Below are positions 62,992-64,000 of a stretch of 64,000 nt of DNA, one piece after another. The stretch lies in contig JAQUPL010000002.1 of the NCBI GenBank assembly GCA_028716565.1, forward strand, positions 194,989 to 258,988. Reading direction: 5' to 3'. Numbering within the stretch: the first letter of the stretch is position 1; each line of letters begins with the position of its first letter. The translations under genes were made by a program, and so were the position numbers. The notes under the pieces are model-generated. The model was not told the origin of the DNA and did no database searches. It was given only the letters and a program-made list of their open reading frames with translations. The stretch is from Candidatus Omnitrophota bacterium. GTDB lineage: Bacteria; Omnitrophota; Gorgyraeia; Pluralincolimonadales; Pluralincolimonadaceae.

Positions 62992-64000
62992 ATGGCAGCC
63001 AGATCGGTCAAAGATAAAGAATATGTATTGAAGATGGCCAAAGAGGCCAACGTCAAGTTCATCAGGTTGTGGTTTGCCGACATCCTCGGTTTCGTAAAAT
63101 CCTTCGCGATAACCGTCGAGGAGCTCGAAGGAGCTCTCGAAGAGGGGATGGGATTTGACGGTTCCTCTATAGAGGGTTTCGCTCGCATAGACGAGTCGGA
63201 CATGATGGCGCGGCCGGACCCGAACACATTCTGCCTACTCCCGTGGAGGCCTAAGGACGAATTCGCGGTCGCGAGGATGTTCTGCGATATCGTCCGGCCG
63301 GACGGAAGCCCGTTCGAAGGCGACCCCAGGTATATATTGAAGCAAAACCTGAAGCGCGCGGCCAAACTCGGCTTCACTTTTTATGTCGGTCCCGAGCTCG
63401 AGTTCTTCTATTTCAAGGACAATAAAGGGACCGAGCCGCTCGATGCCGGAGGGTATTTCGACCTTATACCGCCTGACCCGGCATCTGACCTCAGGAGGGA
63501 TACGGTGCTTATGTTGGAGGCGATGGGAATAGGCGTCGAATACAGCCACCACGAGGTCGCGCCGAGCCAGCACGAGATAGACCTGAGATATACGGACGCG
63601 CTCACGATGGCCGACGCGGCGATGACATACCGCGTCGTAGTAAAAGAGGTCGCGCAGCGCTACGGGTTCTATGCGACATTCATGCCGAAGCCGGTCTACG
63701 GGGTAAACGGCTCGGGTATGCACGTCCACCAGTCGCTCTTCAAGGGTGACAAGAACGCCTTCTTCGAGGCGAAGGACAAGTACCATCTCTCGAAGATCGC
63801 GAAGAACTATATCGCCGGACTGCTTAAACATTCCCGCGAGATAACCTCGGTCACAAGCCAGTGGGTCAACTCATATAAGAGGCTCGTCCCGGGCTACGAG
63901 GCACCGGTCTACATCGCCTGGGCGAAGAGGAACCGGTCCACGCTTGTAAGGATACCCGAATACAAGCCCGGAAAAGAGAAGGCGACGCGCATCGAGTACC
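62992..64000 (+). CDS. glnA: Glutamine synthetase type I-alpha, 5-prime partial (continues beyond the window)
   Basis: Collinear with Bacillus-type GlnA ([47 protein letters not shown]). RBS GAAAGGAG lies 7 nt before the ATG at 62992. Confidence 0.9.
   Translation, partial: MAARSVKDKEYVLKMAKEANVKFIRLWFADILGFVKSFAITVEELEGALEEGMGFDGSSIEGFARIDESDMMARPDPNTFCLLPWRPKDEFAVARMFCDIVRPDGSPFEGDPRYILKQNLKRAAKLGFTFYVGPELEFFYFKDNKGTEPLDAGGYFDLIPPDPASDLRRDTVLMLEAMGIGVEYSHHEVAPSQHEIDLRYTDALTMADAAMTYRVVVKEVAQRYGFYATFMPKPVYGVNGSGMHVHQSLFKGDKNAFFEAKDKYHLSKIAKNYIAGLLKHSREITSVTSQWVNSYKRLVPGYEAPVYIAWAKRNRSTLVRIPEYKPGKEKATRIEY

Overview
This 64-kb window comes from a GC-rich diderm bacterium: bamA, skp and lpxD/C-fabZ/A/I are present, coding regions are GC-rich and intergenic spacers are AT-rich. 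Almost every real gene is on the + strand. I treat most minus-strand ORFs in the track as antisense shadows; two are real (29412..30860 and 60185..61021).

The window has three blocks.

(1) 1..18258 is a beta-galactoside/glycan utilisation locus. It holds a sugar ABC permease tail, a secreted GH5-like hydrolase, two LacI regulators each preceded by the same 16-bp palindromic operator, a 1525-aa GH2 enzyme and a GH35 beta-galactosidase. The GH2 C-terminal ~285-aa domain recurs as three tandem secreted stand-alone paralogs. A ~1100-aa GH94-like protein also sits here.

(2) 18255..52861 is core metabolism and information processing. Starting with gltBD behind a consensus sigma70 promoter and a structured leader, it continues with a nitroreductase, a PNPOx-like protein, dus, pfkA, an AlkD-like repair protein, a TadA/GuaD-like deaminase and a PpiD-like chaperone. 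Next come an ECF sigma/anti-sigma operon, hisG, a 29-aa hyper-basic bS22-like micro-ORF, a TPR protein, a split transketolase and ispE. The following stretch contains SpoVG with an inserted zinc ribbon, tRNA-Gln, clpX, glmU, prs, rplY, pth, rpsF-ssb-rpsR-rplI and dnaB. The block ends with bamA, skp, lpxD, lpxC-fabZ, lpxA and lpxI.

(3) 52858..64000 is a nitrogen-assimilation island. An atypical OmpR-family response regulator, whose receiver domain lacks the conserved Lys and Thr, opens it. Downstream are a rubredoxin-like zinc-ribbon ORF, a porin-like outer-membrane protein, amt-glnB, a 59-aa HTH ORF, a second amt-glnB, glnA (GSI-beta with the adenylylation Tyr replaced by Phe), a membrane protein on the minus strand, nadE and a second glnA (GSI-alpha, partial).

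Two cis-elements stand out. Four TTAAC-like half-sites phased at exactly 11 bp end 9-10 bp upstream of an identical TATACT -10 element at two promoters (rubredoxin/porin/amt operon and glnA). A ~100-nt repeat with compensated terminal inverted repeats occurs in two inverted copies flanking the island (53558..53658 and 61090..61188). Together with the orphan regulator these suggest a GlnR-like, OmpR-type nitrogen regulon. I regard this as the most novel system in the window.

No CRISPR arrays, integrases or transposases are visible.
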